Positions 1 to 14,245 of a DNA stretch of 64,000 bases are shown piece by piece. Position 1 is the stretch's first letter, and each line of letters begins with the position of its first letter. The DNA lies in assembly GCF_018977255.1 (NCBI RefSeq), contig NW_024704742.1, positions 55,740,001 to 55,804,000 of the forward strand. The letters run 5' to 3'. The notes under the pieces were generated by a model that was not told the origin of the DNA, made no database searches, and was given only the letters and a program-made list of their open reading frames with translations. This stretch comes from Callorhinchus milii. Its lineage: Eukaryota. The translations under genes were made by a program, and so were the position numbers.

Positions 1-557
1 TAATACAATGCAACAGCTATTTATTTATGAACAACTAATTAATTTTCATGTTAGTTCCACATGTTAGTGACTTGCTAGGGAACATGGTTAGTGTGGATGG
101 ATTAGAATCTGAAAGAAGAAGGAATCCAAGCTATGTGAAATATTCTTATTTGACTTTATGATGAAATGTTAAATTCAGTTGAGCTATTTTGCTTGAAACC
201 TGTTGCAGTGTGAAATGTACTTTCTTAAGCAGATCATGTGATAATTGGACTTACAACGTGTTATGAAATATTGCAATTTACACCCCTATGATTCTGTGAA
301 AAGAATGGGTTTACTCAGGTTCACTTAATAGGAAAGGTGCAGTTCACGCTGCTACTATTTGCCAGACATCCCATGTTTTCTTCCTGTGAATTTTCTAATG
401 AATACAAACTGCTTTGCTGTTACCATAGTGATGAAATTGACTGAGAGTACAAAATGACTCTTCAGAACAACTCAGCAGAAGTACTTCCATACATTTGAGA
501 GCTTTTGAACAGAGTGATCTAAAATAGACTTAAAATCTATGGTGTTGTAACCTGCAA

Positions 558-722
558 GACCATTTTACTTTAAAATTTAAGATGGAGCAGAACTATTGAA
601 AATTCTCAAACTCTGTCTTAATTCGGTTATTTTTAGACCAGAGAACCAACTTTCAAATTAAGACAGAATTTAAGAATTTTCCACAATTCCACACAATCTT
701 AAATTTTATGACTGAACAGTCT
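558..722. repeat. Old AT-rich palindromic MITE-like repeat (relatives at ~3590-3780, 9625-9740, 10110-10325, 10400-10590, 21260-21355, 30630-30695)
   Basis: 558-625 is an imperfect reverse complement of 652-722 (aaaatttaagat...gaaaattct.aaa.tctgtcttaatt). Confidence 0.7.
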
Positions 723-1244
723 TAGAGGATAAGAATAGAGGGTAATTTCAGGGCTAATAGTAGAAAGCCACATTTGTTTTACTTGAATTATGACTTTTGA
801 TTTGCAAATTTCAGTTTGCAAAGATCATGGGTGGAAATTTGCAAATTCCAAACTGGGAAATTCAAAACGATAAGGCTGGCATTTTGCTCATTAGCCTATT
901 TTCAGACTTTGCTGACTTAGTATGTGGAATATGCTGGTTGCAATTTCCACAATCAGAAATCTCAAATAAGTAACCAAATCTGATCGCCTGATTTGAACTT
1001 TGATATTTTGCACTTCAGTTGGCAGAAAACTTGAATGTGAATTAGTGCTAAAATGCTCCCAAGAAGCCTTCAGAAGTAATTAAGAAAATTCTCTAAACAA
1101 ATATAGCTCCTGGCAGCAAGATCTTGAATAGTCCTTCGGTTTAACATCTCATCCTACCGATGTGAAATGCGTTATACCAAAAGTAAGAATTATTATTATT
1201 TATTGTATGATACCTGCAGTCGATATTTGTAAATAGCAGATAAC

Positions 1245-1560
1245 CATAGATTCATAGATTGTGCAGCTTGAAACAGGCCATTTGACCCATCCAGTCTGCC
1301 TGGTGTTTATACACTACATGAGTGTCGATCCTACACCTCCCTATCCCTTGTCCTATATCTCGGCTTTCTCTCTATATCCCTCAAGTTTATTCTCTCAACC
1401 ATATGTCCAGTTTTTTTTAATGTGCACGTGATTGGCACTCTGACTGTGGCAGAGAATTTCAACTTCCAGCACTATCTGTGTGGAAAAGTTTTTCATAATC
1501 TCCATTCTGGACCTCCCAGTTCTGATTCTAAAACAATGCCCTCTGGTCTAGACCTTTGCT
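1245..1560 (-). mobile_element. CR1 3' end (similar pieces at ~5890-6110, 16900-17030, 23680-23920, 41830-41950, 47800-47960, 60120-60310 on -; 40070-40190, 61370-61500, 63830-63960 on +)
   Basis: catagattcatagatt...caggccatttgacccatc is the reverse complement of a CR1 tail. Confidence 0.7.
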
Positions 1561-4500
1561 ATCAGTTTTCTCATTCCGTGTCCTGCTAAATCCACCACCT
1601 TGTACCATGACACTTCACACTCAGTGTCCTGATGTACAATTAAGAAACAGTATTGCACAATGTACCTGTTCATTGTTCTTCAGATGGATGACGTTTGTAC
1701 CATCCAAGTTAGAAATGTATGCTTTGTATACTGCACTTTTGACTGGTAATCCAGGCAGCAGGACAGAAAGGATGTGGTGGTGAAAATGAAAAATTTCAGG
1801 TCTATGAAGAACTTGACCATTTTCAGTCCGACTATTATGCTGAAGTTGGAGGGAGAGGAGGTGGAACTTAACAGCAAATAAAACCAGATTAGGAGATGTG
1901 ACAATTATAGCTGGTGATAATTATATGACAGACTGCATTTCTCATCCCAAAGTTTCTACATAGTTTATAGTGAATCAGATTTCTATTGATGTCAGCACAA
2001 GTGCCAACATCCATACCAATAATAGAATTGAAACAGTGAGTCATGTTATGAGGCTAGCCTTTGACTCAGCTATGAGAGGTTAACTGTCACTCCATTGAGA
2101 ATGACTGTCTTTGGTCGAATGTCATGTTTTTCCTAGCAAGCCAAAGAGTAAACTATAACATGACTATATTTTAGCTTTCCAGCTGAAAGTTTCAATGAGT
2201 AGGAAGCATAATTCCCCCTTCACCATAGTGGGAAACAACAATGCTGGTGAGGTTTGTTTTCATGAGAAATGGGATGTGAAAACTAGTTTATAACAACAAA
2301 GGCTCCATATAGTTGAACAGTGCAAAAGTCACTCAAGGAAGAACTGAAAGAGCTGGGAATATGTTGTCACTGGTACAAAGAGATTAATCAATTACACCAA
2401 GCTAATTACATTCAAGTGATTACTTGTTGCAACCTCAGTAAACCAGACTATGCTGATCAATTCTGAAGCAGGCATTAATTACTGCCTTCAAGCTTGGTTG
2501 TATTATCTCCAGGGACGGTTGGTTTATGTCAAAAAAGGCCCTATGAAAGAAGCAGGTGTACAGATTAATTAAATCTGTAACAAAATGTTCTTTGGTGATT
2601 GACCCATGACATGATAAGGTACAGTACGACCAACAAAGCCTGATGTATATATATGAAGGGAATGGTATTTCATCACAAAGTATCCTTTATAGTGAAGCAT
2701 GAAGAGAATACTCTCTTGCAAATGTAATTTATATTGTTCCGTAGACATCTCTGTGGCAGCAGAATTTCTAATAAGTAAGAGTTATTTTAATAACAGGTGT
2801 TTTCATCTATGTAGGGATGCAGATGTGAATAAATAACTCCTCAGTGAGCGATTTGTTTCTGTGTCAACTTTCCGGTTCACTGATCAGTAATTATTTACAG
2901 GTTATGGCAATGAAGATAGGTTTATTCTAAAGTGTTTTTTTTAAATTATGTGTCATCTACCAAGAAACAATTCCAAACTTTCAGTCATTTAATCTATTAT
3001 TAAATTAAAATATTAACTTAACATTGTTTTCTGCAAAAATTGCCTCACTTATTAAAAGCATATATGGCTGTTCATTGAATTTAAATTTTATTACAAATTA
3101 AATCTAATTAAATCTAATTTTACTCGTATGGGGATATCCTCGGGGCTGTATAGTTTTCTGCATTGGACAAGAATTTTACATGATAGATGGAGTTCAAATT
3201 ATCTGTAAGAAACTGGCAGCTGATGTGTGCACTGTTTGTTTCCTCAAGGAGAAGCCTACTACACCACAGATCAACAGCATTGAACTAAGGTTCTGGTCGG
3301 CACTAACCCCATGTGGCAAAGCATATGTGCATTCTTATAAAAATACAGAGGGAGAGACACACAATCATAGACATACACACACAGCTCTGTTAAGGGAATT
3401 TTAAATCCCCAGCAACATGCCCTCTATTGCTTTAAGGAAGGCATAACCTGTTGCTTTGAATGCTTGGGGGGACAGGATAGGATATCACTGAGGTACAATT
3501 TATAATCCTAAAGTATGGGCACAATCCCTGATGAACTGGCACTGTTTCTTTTAGTAAGCTGTTTATTCTGAGTCACCCTCAAGGATAATTTTAGGGTTGT
3601 GAGGCACAAATTCAGTTCTCCGCAATTCTTAAAAAGGACTGCTTTCCAAACCAAGACTGAATTTTAATTATTTTCTGTAATTCTGTTTGATCATTGATCT
3701 TCATTTTTTTTCAGCCAAACTTTATAGCCTGAGATTAGGTAGAACTTCAGTTCTCTGACACTTTGAAAACCTAAATTTATTATTTCACAAACTGGTAATA
3801 ATAATAATGATAATACTTACATTTGATATAACACCTTTCACATTGGAAGACGTCTCATAGAAACCTTTAGGCTACCACTGGAGCTCAAGCAGCTAAATCC
3901 ACATAATTTGCCATTCAGAATAACTGTCAAGCAAGTTTCCCACTGCTTATCCAGTAAGGACGACACCGCCTGTATGAGCTTTGGCTTGCAAGGTTAACAT
4001 TCCTGAGTTGGAAAAATCCCTGCCCCCAGTGACCAGTCTGTCCATCCCAATCCTACTGATAAACTATGGGTGTCCTGGAATATTATGGATCTGCCTGGCT
4101 CAGGAACTGGACCAACAAGTCCGCCACAGAGATTGACTTGATTCCATTACCAAGCTGCTTCAGCTCCATGGAGACACAATTTTACCTCCGCCTCCCTCTT
4201 GTTGGGGACACACACTTGTTGGTCATAAGGACTAGAAAAAGTACCTCAGGATGTGAAGTGAGTCTCGTGCAAGAGAAAAGGGAATCCCTGTTGGAAAATT
4301 ACTACTATTGATTTGTGTAACAAAAGCAAGAAATGGCTTAAATGTTCTTGTGGTATAAGCTCCATAATAGATTCACTACATTGGATCCAATTTAGCAGAT
4401 TAATTTTTAAAATTGCTATTGCTATGTTTAGGAAGGAATTCAAACGTAGGGGCATTCAGTCCTGATTCCAGAGATGACAGCTTTACCTCCTCAAGCAAGC

Positions 4501-7500
4501 ACATATTAAATGGCTGAACTTCCCAAAGTTCTCGTTTTGAGTAGGATTACTACATTATAAGGAGGGTACCTAACCTGTCTCACGACATCACAGCAGTTCT
4601 GGTTACCACTTGTGTAAAAAGGAACCACTGGTGTAAAAATTCTGATGCGCAAATATAATGGTAAATTCCACCAATGGCCAGCATTATCAAAGGAGACATG
4701 CCTGACACTGAACAGAATTTCTACTCTACTATTTATGATTCAGAATTGTTAGTTGTGAATCTATGTAGTAAATACAGCATTTTTATTCTAATAATTTATC
4801 TGTGTTGTGGTGCAAGTTAAGACTTTTATGCTGGTGATGTTCTCTTGATTCTGCCTACTTAGAAACACAAATCCATAGCATTGACAGGATTGGATATTCT
4901 GAAATGTTAATTGCAAACAATATATGACCATCTTCCTACCAAAGTACAAAAAGCCTACAGAATACAGTCACAATACAATAAATCCCATGTAATGCTTTGA
5001 GATGTATCGATGAGATGATAAAGCGCTGTATCAAATGCAAGGATTATTATTACGATAGTTGAACACAATGCAACTCCAACACATATTCCACAGACTGATA
5101 CAAAAGATTCTCCCATTCCATCCACACAGAGAGCTGCTGAGTCACTGGGTGCAAGTAATGAGTGTGTCAGTAAAATAGTTTGGATGTAAGCAATGCCCAT
5201 ATTATAATTATTATATCACACTCACACCCTGGTAACAGCAAATGACAAAGGACATAGAGAGGAAACCATAGAGACAAAAATGACTTTCAGCAAATGCATT
5301 GAAAATCTGCTCAGCCCAAATGGTTAACCATCTAGGAAAATACCCTATACATTTTGTAATATTTTCCAGTAAGTCACTGCAAATTCATTTCAAGTACTGC
5401 AGTCCATAAAGATTAGTGATTTTTTTTTTTGGCAACTCAACGGGAATTCTTAAATTGAAAAGGCTGCTAAATTACAGGATAAACCCCTGCTGTTGGCTAA
5501 TGGTTCTGATTCAAATTGTGTGGGTTGTGTGGTTATAATCATTAACTATAATTTTTAAAAATATATTGCCAATTATTTATTGTTCCACATAATCCTTGCA
5601 TTTTGATACAGCGTTTTTCACATCTTCTAGATGTCTCAAAGCGCTTCACAGAATATACTATAAAGTGAATTGATTGTATACTTGTGGGCAAAATTGGGCA
5701 CATTGACACTAAATTACACATTACCAGTGCCAAAAAAGTAATTCATTTTATTCCTTATGACCTTAGTGTGACATAACCATTATATTTATACTTTTAAATC
5801 TACTCCAGTATTAGCAGTAACTTAAATACTATATTTCTAAGGCTATAGACCAAATCAAACCAACAAAATATAGAATCTTGCAGGACAGAAGGAGGCCATT
5901 GTGCCTGTGCTGGCACTTTGAAAGAGCTAACAACTAGTCCCTCTTTCCAATCTTACCCTGCAATTATTTCCTTTTTAAGTACCTATCCAATTCCGTTTTG
6001 AAAGCCATTATCGAATCTGCTTCCATCAGCCTTTCAGGCAATGCATTCCAAACTGTGACAACTCTCTGGGTAAAAAAAATTCTCCTCATCTCCACCCTGG
6101 TTCTTTTGCCATTAAATATATGTGTTACATTTATAATAATCCTTGCAATTAAATATAGTGCCTTTCACGTTGGGAGAACATCTGAAAGAGCTTCACAGGA
6201 TTTGCTGTCTAGGTAGATAGAGACAGTGCATTTTTTAGACAAACATGGCAACCAATTTAGACACAGCAATGTTCCACAAACAGCCAGTATATTTTTTCCA
6301 GGGGATTGTTGGTCAGAAAACTAAGAGAAACACTCTTCTTTTTTCAAGTAGTAGTTTTCAAGTAGTTTGCAAGTTTCCTTTTTATCTAATTTACGTAATT
6401 ACTCTTCTTACTTTAAACCACCACAATATTTCAATGGCTTTTTTAAGAAATAGATAGTTTCACATTTTATAAAATATTGCAAAATATAGCATCGACAGTG
6501 ATAGAACACTTTCTTAACCTAGTAAACTAGTATTAAACCTAATATTCAATTAGTTTTGTTAGTGCCTATCTCAAATTGAATGGAAACCGGCATTGAATGG
6601 TCAATAATCCCACCGAGATCATCTTTGAATTCTATTAATGAAAACCCTTCACTTTATGTACACATTGACTCTTTTATGTTCCAATATACATTACCTTGCT
6701 CTTGTCTACCTTTAAATCCACCTGATACTCCCTGGTTCAGATTTTCTTGAATATTCACTTGCTCACAAAGCTTGGTTTGTTAAAACATTTTAGACCACTG
6801 GAAAACATGTTGTCCTCTGAGTCATTTTTGAACAGTGTGAACGGCAACAGCTTGGAACAAACTCTTGTGAAAATATTGTCTCTCAGATTGGAGCTGCTTT
6901 CTGTTTATTGATCACTTTCTGCTTTCCATTGATAAATCAGTTTTAAATCCAACCATGAAATTGCCATAAATTTAGAGAGCTTTAACGTTGTTTAAAAGTA
7001 GCGTAGACTTTCTTAGATTTTGAACATTATGTAATATATAGCCAGAAAATGGCACAGTAGCTAAAGCACCATCCTGGGTTAACCTTATATTAACAGTTTC
7101 AGCGGAGAAGATCACACCAGCTGCATACTCAGAATGGCCAACCTTGTTGCTCACAAAGTTTCACGCACAAAATATACAGTCAATTCACTTTACAATATAT
7201 TCTGTGAATCTCTGAGATTTCTCAATGGCATGATCTGGTGCTAACTCAAATGTAAGGATTATTATTATTGAAAACTCAGAAATTTTGTTTATTTTTTTCC
7301 ACAAAATTGCCGTTTGAAAAACTATGAACAATTACTTATTCTTAAGATTTTCCTCAAAATCACTATAATTCCAATTTCAATGTCTTGAAACATATTTATA
7401 AAGGCTTGCTTCTTCAAGGTTGGAGCTTCAGGGTAAATATAATGGCTAACAGAACCAGTTTCATTGTGTTCTAGAGAATGAACTGCTTTCTCAGATCGAT

Positions 7501-7874
7501 AAGACAGCTAAATGTTAATTGCATTGGAGATTAAAAAAGCTACTTAACATCCCTTCAGAGAATTTTAATAGTCTTCTCCCAAGCACTGTTCAGAATAGGG
7601 TTCAGCAACTGACCTATAACCACTACAAGCAGTTGAGAAACGTTTTGCCATTAGTTGCTGATACTGATTCATTAACTTCAGCAGACATGTTCATTTAAGT
7701 AATAGCAGATTCGAGACGTCCTTCAGTCGCATCACCAAACAAGGAAACATATCACAAACATGTTAGCAAAGCTCTATTTCAGAAACAAAAACTTGAAATT
7801 ATATAGCACCCTTCACGTAGAGCAAAGTCTTAGAGTATTTTACAGAGATGGCTCTGGTAACAAAGAAGAGGGTG

Positions 7875-8112
7875 TAATAATAATAATCCTTGTATTTGAT
7901 ATAGTGCCTTATCACAACTTTGAGACGTCTCAAAGCGCTTCACAGACTATACTGTAAAGTGAATTGACTGTATATTTTGTGGGTGAAACACAGCAGCCAA
8001 TTGCGCACAGCAGTGTCCCCAAACAGTGTGGATTGTGTGACCAAATAATTTTTTAAAAAGGGATTGTTACCCTGGAAAGCGATCTGCTAATCGACTAACA
8101 AACAGGTTCCTA
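7875..8112 (-). mobile_element. SINE, variant subfamily sharing its upstream segment with 43100-43349 (+)
   Basis: The reverse complement of 8040-8112 (taggaacctgtttgttagtcgattagcagatcgcttt) matches 43103-43150. Short 3' SINE fragments also occur at ~5590, 13430, 30065, 31130, 34970, 42212 and 48360. Confidence 0.8.
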
Positions 8113-8114
8113 TA

Positions 8115-8460
8115 GTAGGGGGAGAAGGGAAGTGAATGTTAACACGGTCAAAGAGATAGACTATAGGCTTTCGAGGACAGAGAGGAGCAACATGGAAAGT
8201 TCGAGGGAGGGAATTCCAGAGAGTGGAACATGATGACTGAAGCTGCTGATCTTGGGCCAGAGAGGAAGAAAACAAACAGCAGGCTGGAGTTTACTGAGAG
8301 GAAAAGGGATGAACAGGGTGAGGGTGGAGAAAATTTTCAAAGGTAAGGAGGAGCAACGATATGAAGGGATTTGCAGGTGAGAGTGAGCATCTTGACATTG
8401 GCGCGCAAGGAGATAAGGAAACAATGGAATCTGCTAAGGACAGGGGTGATGGCCACGTGA
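8115..8460 (-). mobile_element. Old L2 3' fragment
   Basis: Minus strand reads TLWNSLP and YLFDR, with the purine-rich plus-strand signature. Confidence 0.65.
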
Positions 8461-11329
8461 AAAGTTGTTGAGGTTTGTACCAAGTTCAATTAGTTGGAGA
8501 AAGGACGAGAAGGTTAATAAAGTTGGAGGTTGTGGCAGAGTTGCGAAGGATTGTTTCCATCTGTCTATGTTTAGCTGAAAAAGGTTGAGATTCTCAATAA
8601 GGCACTATATCAAATGCAAGGATTATTACTATTATTATTATAATACTAGGAAGACATTCTTTTATAAGTTTCCTTCTTTACATGGAGAATGGATTCAGGT
8701 GATCATTGTGATGTTGTGGGCTCCATTAATTAGGCTCTGACATCTGGAGTAATGAACAAGTGGATTTTAATAACTCAAAGACTGGATCAGTCTACTCCAT
8801 AGGCAGCACTTTGTGCATCTGTTCATAACACCTCCCAGTCTGTGGGAAACAGCTGTCAGTGATCCTGAACTAGAATAATAACCGTATTAGAATAATGTGT
8901 AACCTGAATAGACATACATCCTGCCGCACTTTCTTCAAACCAATTTAAAGTTGCCTTAAGTGTAATGGTGTAATGGTGTAATATAGTGTAATGGTGGATC
9001 CTATAGTCTTTAAAATAGGCTTTATGTGAGAAGCTTAAGGCCTTATACTTGCTATGGGAAAGATGTTCTCCTGCGCCAAGCCTAGTGGCACAATGCCCAT
9101 GTACATTACATTGTCCATGATCTGACCAGGATGAGAATAAAACTCATCTGGATTAGTAATTTGTTTGGAATAGTATCTGGCAGGAAGTCAATAAATAGGA
9201 GTACCGTGTATAGGAGAATAGAGCAGCGTATCTCAGAGATTTTAGATTCATAAGGAATGGGCTCAGGAATGTCCTGGTCAACATTCCTCAAGATAAAATT
9301 GGTCATTCACTTCATGACTATTTTGAGACATCGCTGTGCAAATTGGCTGCCGAGTTCACCTACAAAATACACATTCTCTAGACTTTACAGTAAATCCTGT
9401 GAAGCGCTTTGAGGTGACCTCCCGACATAAAAGGTATTGTATAATTCTTACATTTTTTGAATATTGCTTTCTCCTCAGGAGGACAACCCATCCCGAAATG
9501 ATTATGTCAACTGCAAGGAATATTGTTATTACAGTATAAGAAATTACCCCAAATTTTATTCCTCTAAACTGTCATATAGGTGGTATTGACAGTATCCCAC
9601 AAGAGGTCAACATGCACAAGTCACCCAAAATTCCATCTAGTCTCAGCCTGAAAGACTATATTGCCTTAAAGTTTAAAATCATTGTAGAATTGGAAAATTC
9701 AGGCCTTACTAATATGGAAACCATTTTGTGGAATTTGTAGTCTCAATACTGTCTTTGCTTGATGCCCATCACCTCACCTCCCTCTCCCCCTGGCTCGTTG
9801 TCAGACTCCGCCACTGTTAGCCACTCCAGAAAGGTACCCACGTGAAGTGCTCTTTATAAAAGTCGTTTTTGTTGTGAGAGGGATTAAGGGTAAGATTCAT
9901 CCTGCAATGATGCACATATAAGACCTAAAATTCCATTTGTTCACTAAGATCATATAATATAATGTATTATATATAATAATAAACCCTGCATTTCATATAA
10001 TGCCTTTCATATTGGGAGGATGTCCAAAAGTACTTGCTTCACAGGATTTACGTTGAAGTGGCTGTGCATTTGTAGGTGAATAAAGCAGCACAATGTGCAC
10101 AACACTGACAGACCATTTTGTCTTAAAATTTAAGATTGCATAAAATTGTGAAAATTTGTAAAATTCAGTCTTAATTTGAAAGATGATATCCCACGTTACT
10201 TAAAATATAATTTAGCCTATTTTCAAATTAATTAATTTACCCTACAAAGAACTTGTTTGTACATAGCCTTAAATTTTAAGACAAAAACAGTCTCACAAGC
10301 TAAAACTTGGTGGAATTTTGGGCCTATTCTTTCTAGCATGGTTCTTTGGATAGTGATCGGAGATGGACAACTTTGCTAGTGCAAAGGCACTAAGACTCCA
10401 TTTTTATCTAGTCTTAGCCTATAAAAATATCTTGTATTAATAGTCAGGCCTTTGCAAAGTTCTTCATTTCAACCTCAATTTGGAAGCTGGTCTTCCTCAG
10501 TTCATAAAAAGAAACAAGTTCCAAATAATGAGTAAGTTTGAGAAATTCACAATTCTACCCAACCTCAAATTTTAAGACCAAATTTTCTTACATTTTCTTA
10601 CAGTGATTAGTTTCAGAGCAGGCGGTTTGCATCAACTGACAGATGGGTTGTTAATAATCAACATTTCATTTTAGCTTCTAAATCCTTTGGACTAATCTTT
10701 CACAATTAGAATTAAGTATGCTCCATGAATTCATAATTCACAATATTGTGTTTACATATCAATTAGGTATGGAACAATGGTAAGATTGTTTTAACATTAA
10801 AAAGTGAACTATCAAAAATTATTTAAGGCTACTCAAATTAGGCTTTACGTCATCTGTGTTATGGGGCAAGGCTAATTCATCTTTACATCCTCCATGTTTC
10901 AGGGTTAGATTGAGAGGAGTTAGGAATAGTCAGGTACTGTGCTGCAAGGTGAGCAAAATGCTGGGAATTGATTGACCCTGACTGAAGAAAACAATTGATT
11001 AAAAAAGAAAAGAGTAAAAAGAGTAGAAACAGATTCAATGGCTTAAAAACAAATTGAATGCTGCGCTGCAGTATGTTTGAGGTTGCACTCAATAAATATT
11101 GGCAAGGGAAGAACAGAAAAATGGCAGATTTTCAAATACTGTAAATTCCCTAGGGAAATGCAATTATGGAAAGCTTCAGAGTAGCTCAGGTTTATTCAAA
11201 GATTTGAATATTTCAGAGAAGCTTCATGTGAAAAGGGCAGATAAATTCAGATTAGTTTGTTCATATATATTGTTTGTGAAAGAAGCAAGATGTGGTGTAT
11301 TATCTTAAACTGACAGAAACATAGAATGG

Positions 11330-11780
11330 GCTTTAGTTCTACAAAAAAGGGAAGGCTAATTTTTGAGAGGAAAATTTAGCTGAAAGAAACAAGATTGTCT
11401 GTGGACACAATTAGGTTTTATATTGCTGAGCAGATCTGCAAGTCTGGAGCACCGTATGATGAAATGATTTGTGACTACATATTGGTTGGCTTCTGTGTTG
11501 AAAGACTGTTGGAAAGGCTCGAGCCTGACCCTGACCTTACTTTGGAAAAGACAATACAACAGGCAAGACATAGTCGAGCTGTTAAAAAACAACAGGTGGT
11601 TGTTATAAACCAGCCAGATGGGAAAGTAAATGTGGATCAGCTCAAGGCACAGGGGAAATCCCAGTAGCCTACAAAAGTGCAACAGCCAAAGTAATGTCTA
11701 AGTAACAAATGAAGAGTAAAGCCCAGTGCTAAAGTGAAAGCTGTGACTGGTGTGAAAATCTATCCCTACTGCAGACCAGC
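11330..11780 (+). mobile_element. Ty3/Gypsy LTR-retrotransposon gag relic
   Basis: AEQICKSGAPYDEMICDYILVGFCVERLLERLEPDPDLTLEKTIQQAR resembles the Gypsy gag pattern C.YG...DEMIRDRIVVG...LSE.LQ..PDLTLEKA...AR. No LTRs or pol were seen. Confidence 0.7.
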
Positions 11781-12090
11781 AAGGGCCACCCATGGCAGAA
11801 GAAAGGAAACTTCTCGGTACAATGCCAGAATAAGAACATCATCAAAATTGTCCGAGAAGCAATTTTTCATGCAGAGTATTGTTAAAATGTGGAATGCTCT
11901 TCCCCAGAACAAGTGGAATTAATAGTTCAAAGTTTGTTTGAAAAAGAGATAGATGGATACTTAGCCTATAAAGGCTTCTAACGAAAGTATAGGCCAGTGG
12001 TATTGCAAAATCTGCAAAGATCTGGTGGAACAAGCTTGATGGGCTGAATAGCCTTCTCCTGTTTCTCTTTTCCGACATTCTGAATGGAAT
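11780..12090 (+). mobile_element. CR1 3' end
   Basis: FFMQSIVKMWNALP motif and gatgggctgaatagccttctcctgtt. Confidence 0.75.
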
Positions 12091-13917
12091 GAACATTAAT
12101 TTACAGGTGAATTAGTGGCTGAAATAAAGCAAAAAAAGATAACAAATAATGAAGTTGATCTTTATTAATGTCTCAATTAATTTCAAGCGAGGCACAAGAG
12201 GAGGCATGACACATATTTTTAAATTCCCAATATCTGTGAAAATGGAGAACATAGCATAGAAAAGCTAACAATAGAAATGGAATAAAACCCTTGTAAGATC
12301 TAGAATTCTCTGCAGGTACATTGTAAGCATATCAAATAATAAGTGATCATTGCAGTTGATATAGTGCTTTTCACATTGGGAGGAAACAGATCAAGCTTTT
12401 TCACTATACTTTCGGTCACCTTCTCCCATCCACAGGTCCCCACACCCCCAGCTCAAGCTCCCACTCAGCTGTGTGAAGAGCTTTGAGATGGTCTTTTGAT
12501 TTGAAAAGCGCTATATAAATTATTATTGTTGCCTTACTGTGATGTAGGCTTGTTTTTGATGACATGAAAGGTGCTTTATAAATTCACTTTGTTCTTATTG
12601 TTAAACCTCTCCCTCATTGATTTTGTTTTTTTCTTACATTTTTCATATTTTCTTGCTTATTTATCCGCATTCCCTTCAATCTAAGTGTCAACCATCTGAC
12701 ATAATTTCACTCCACATGGATATTTATCTAATAAAGAGAAAATAGCAGAATAATAAATCCATCAAGTGTGATATTATTAGACTACCCATTGAATGAAGAT
12801 TGCAGGCTGGTGTCTGGAGTAGAAAGAGGACAATTGATCCTAATTTCTACTGTGCATGTATCAGTAATGTGCTCCAAGGTACAATTACCATAACAACAAC
12901 TTGTATTTATATAGCACCCTTCATGTAAGAAAAAGTCTTGGAGCACTTCACAGAGACAGAGTCTGAGCCAGACCCTTTGATCTGTTACAGGAATGAGAGA
13001 AGTTTTTAATAAATCTTTCTTTCTCTGCTGCCTCCAATATCCAGTGCTCTGAGAAGCTATCCAATGCGAAGGGTGTTATATACATACAAGTTGTTGTTGA
13101 AATGCATCTGATTTCCTGTAATAAACACAGAACCTCTGTAGAAGAATATTTTATAGTCATAGATCAAACTCAAGCAGCAAAATTAATTCTTAATATTCAA
13201 TGCTAGTGTGAATAACATGAAATCTACTTCAATTTGTGATTCATTTTCCAAATTAATTGTGAAAAATTACATGTTTTCAGTTCACAAGAAGGAGTAAGCA
13301 ATGGCCTTGTTATAATAGAAGCTTGGGGTGAATATTGTACTATTTCTTAGTGGGATTTCTTAATTAAGAAATCTGGAAGAAAGTGATTCAGACATACTAC
13401 TCCACACCAATTTGTTCTCATTGTTAGGTTAATAATTCCTGCAATTGATTTAGCACATAATCACAGGTCATGAAAACATCTTGAAGTGCTTCACAGAATA
13501 TTTACTATGTAGTCCATGACTGTATTTTGTAGGTGAAGACGGGAACAATAGACATACAGCAGACTGCCATGAAATGAATGAACAATTTTATCTGAGCGAG
13601 ATAATTTTATTGGACAAGCTAACCTACTCTTAACATAACCTTTTGATCCAGATGTAAGACTGCTACCAATTGAGCCACACCGTCATCTAACACAAGGGTT
13701 CCCTTGAGTTGGAGTGACATGAATACCATACATCAGAAGGAGTTCCCTTTCAGATTTCTTAATTAAGACATCTCATTCACAAAACTTAATGCAATGCATG
13801 AGAAGAATCACCTTGATGAGTGTGGCATGACCTTAAAATCCCCACACTCAATCCCTCTAATCTCGCACACTACATCCCAACTCTAACCGTCCGAGATAAG
13901 AGGACACAGGTTGAGGT

Positions 13918-14244
13918 GGAGTCCTGTAGCTCAGTGGCTAGAGCACTAACCTTGCAAGTGAGAGACCTAGTTTTGATTCCCGGCAGGGCGAAACCTTGGG
14001 CAAGTTTCCTTACTTCACATGCCTGATAATAAACCCTCAACAAAAAAAAATTAATAATTTGGTCACTTCAATTCATGACTGTTTGTGGGATGCTGCTGTG
14101 CACAATTAGCTGCCGCAGTTCGGCCAAAATATATACAGTCAATTAACTTTACAGTATATTCTGTGAAGCGCTTTGAGACGTCTAGAAGCCGTGAAAAGCT
14201 TTATATCAAATGCAAGTATTATTATTATTATTATGATTATTATT
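13918..14244 (+). mobile_element. Full-length tRNA-derived SINE (Deu-domain-like core, L2-type tail)
   Basis: Head ggagtcctgtagctcagtggctagagc with A-box and B-box-like motifs, core tgctgtgcacaattagctgccgc, and a stem-loop plus (TTA)n tail. Confidence 0.92.
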
Positions 14245-14245
14245 A

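Noticed and set aside
1684..1900. Exon-like segment after ttgttcttcag (similar candidates at 29265-29397 + and 52265-52370 -)
   Set aside because: No recognisable homology, and the + strand candidates are closed by stops in the frames I read. They cannot be supported without transcript data.
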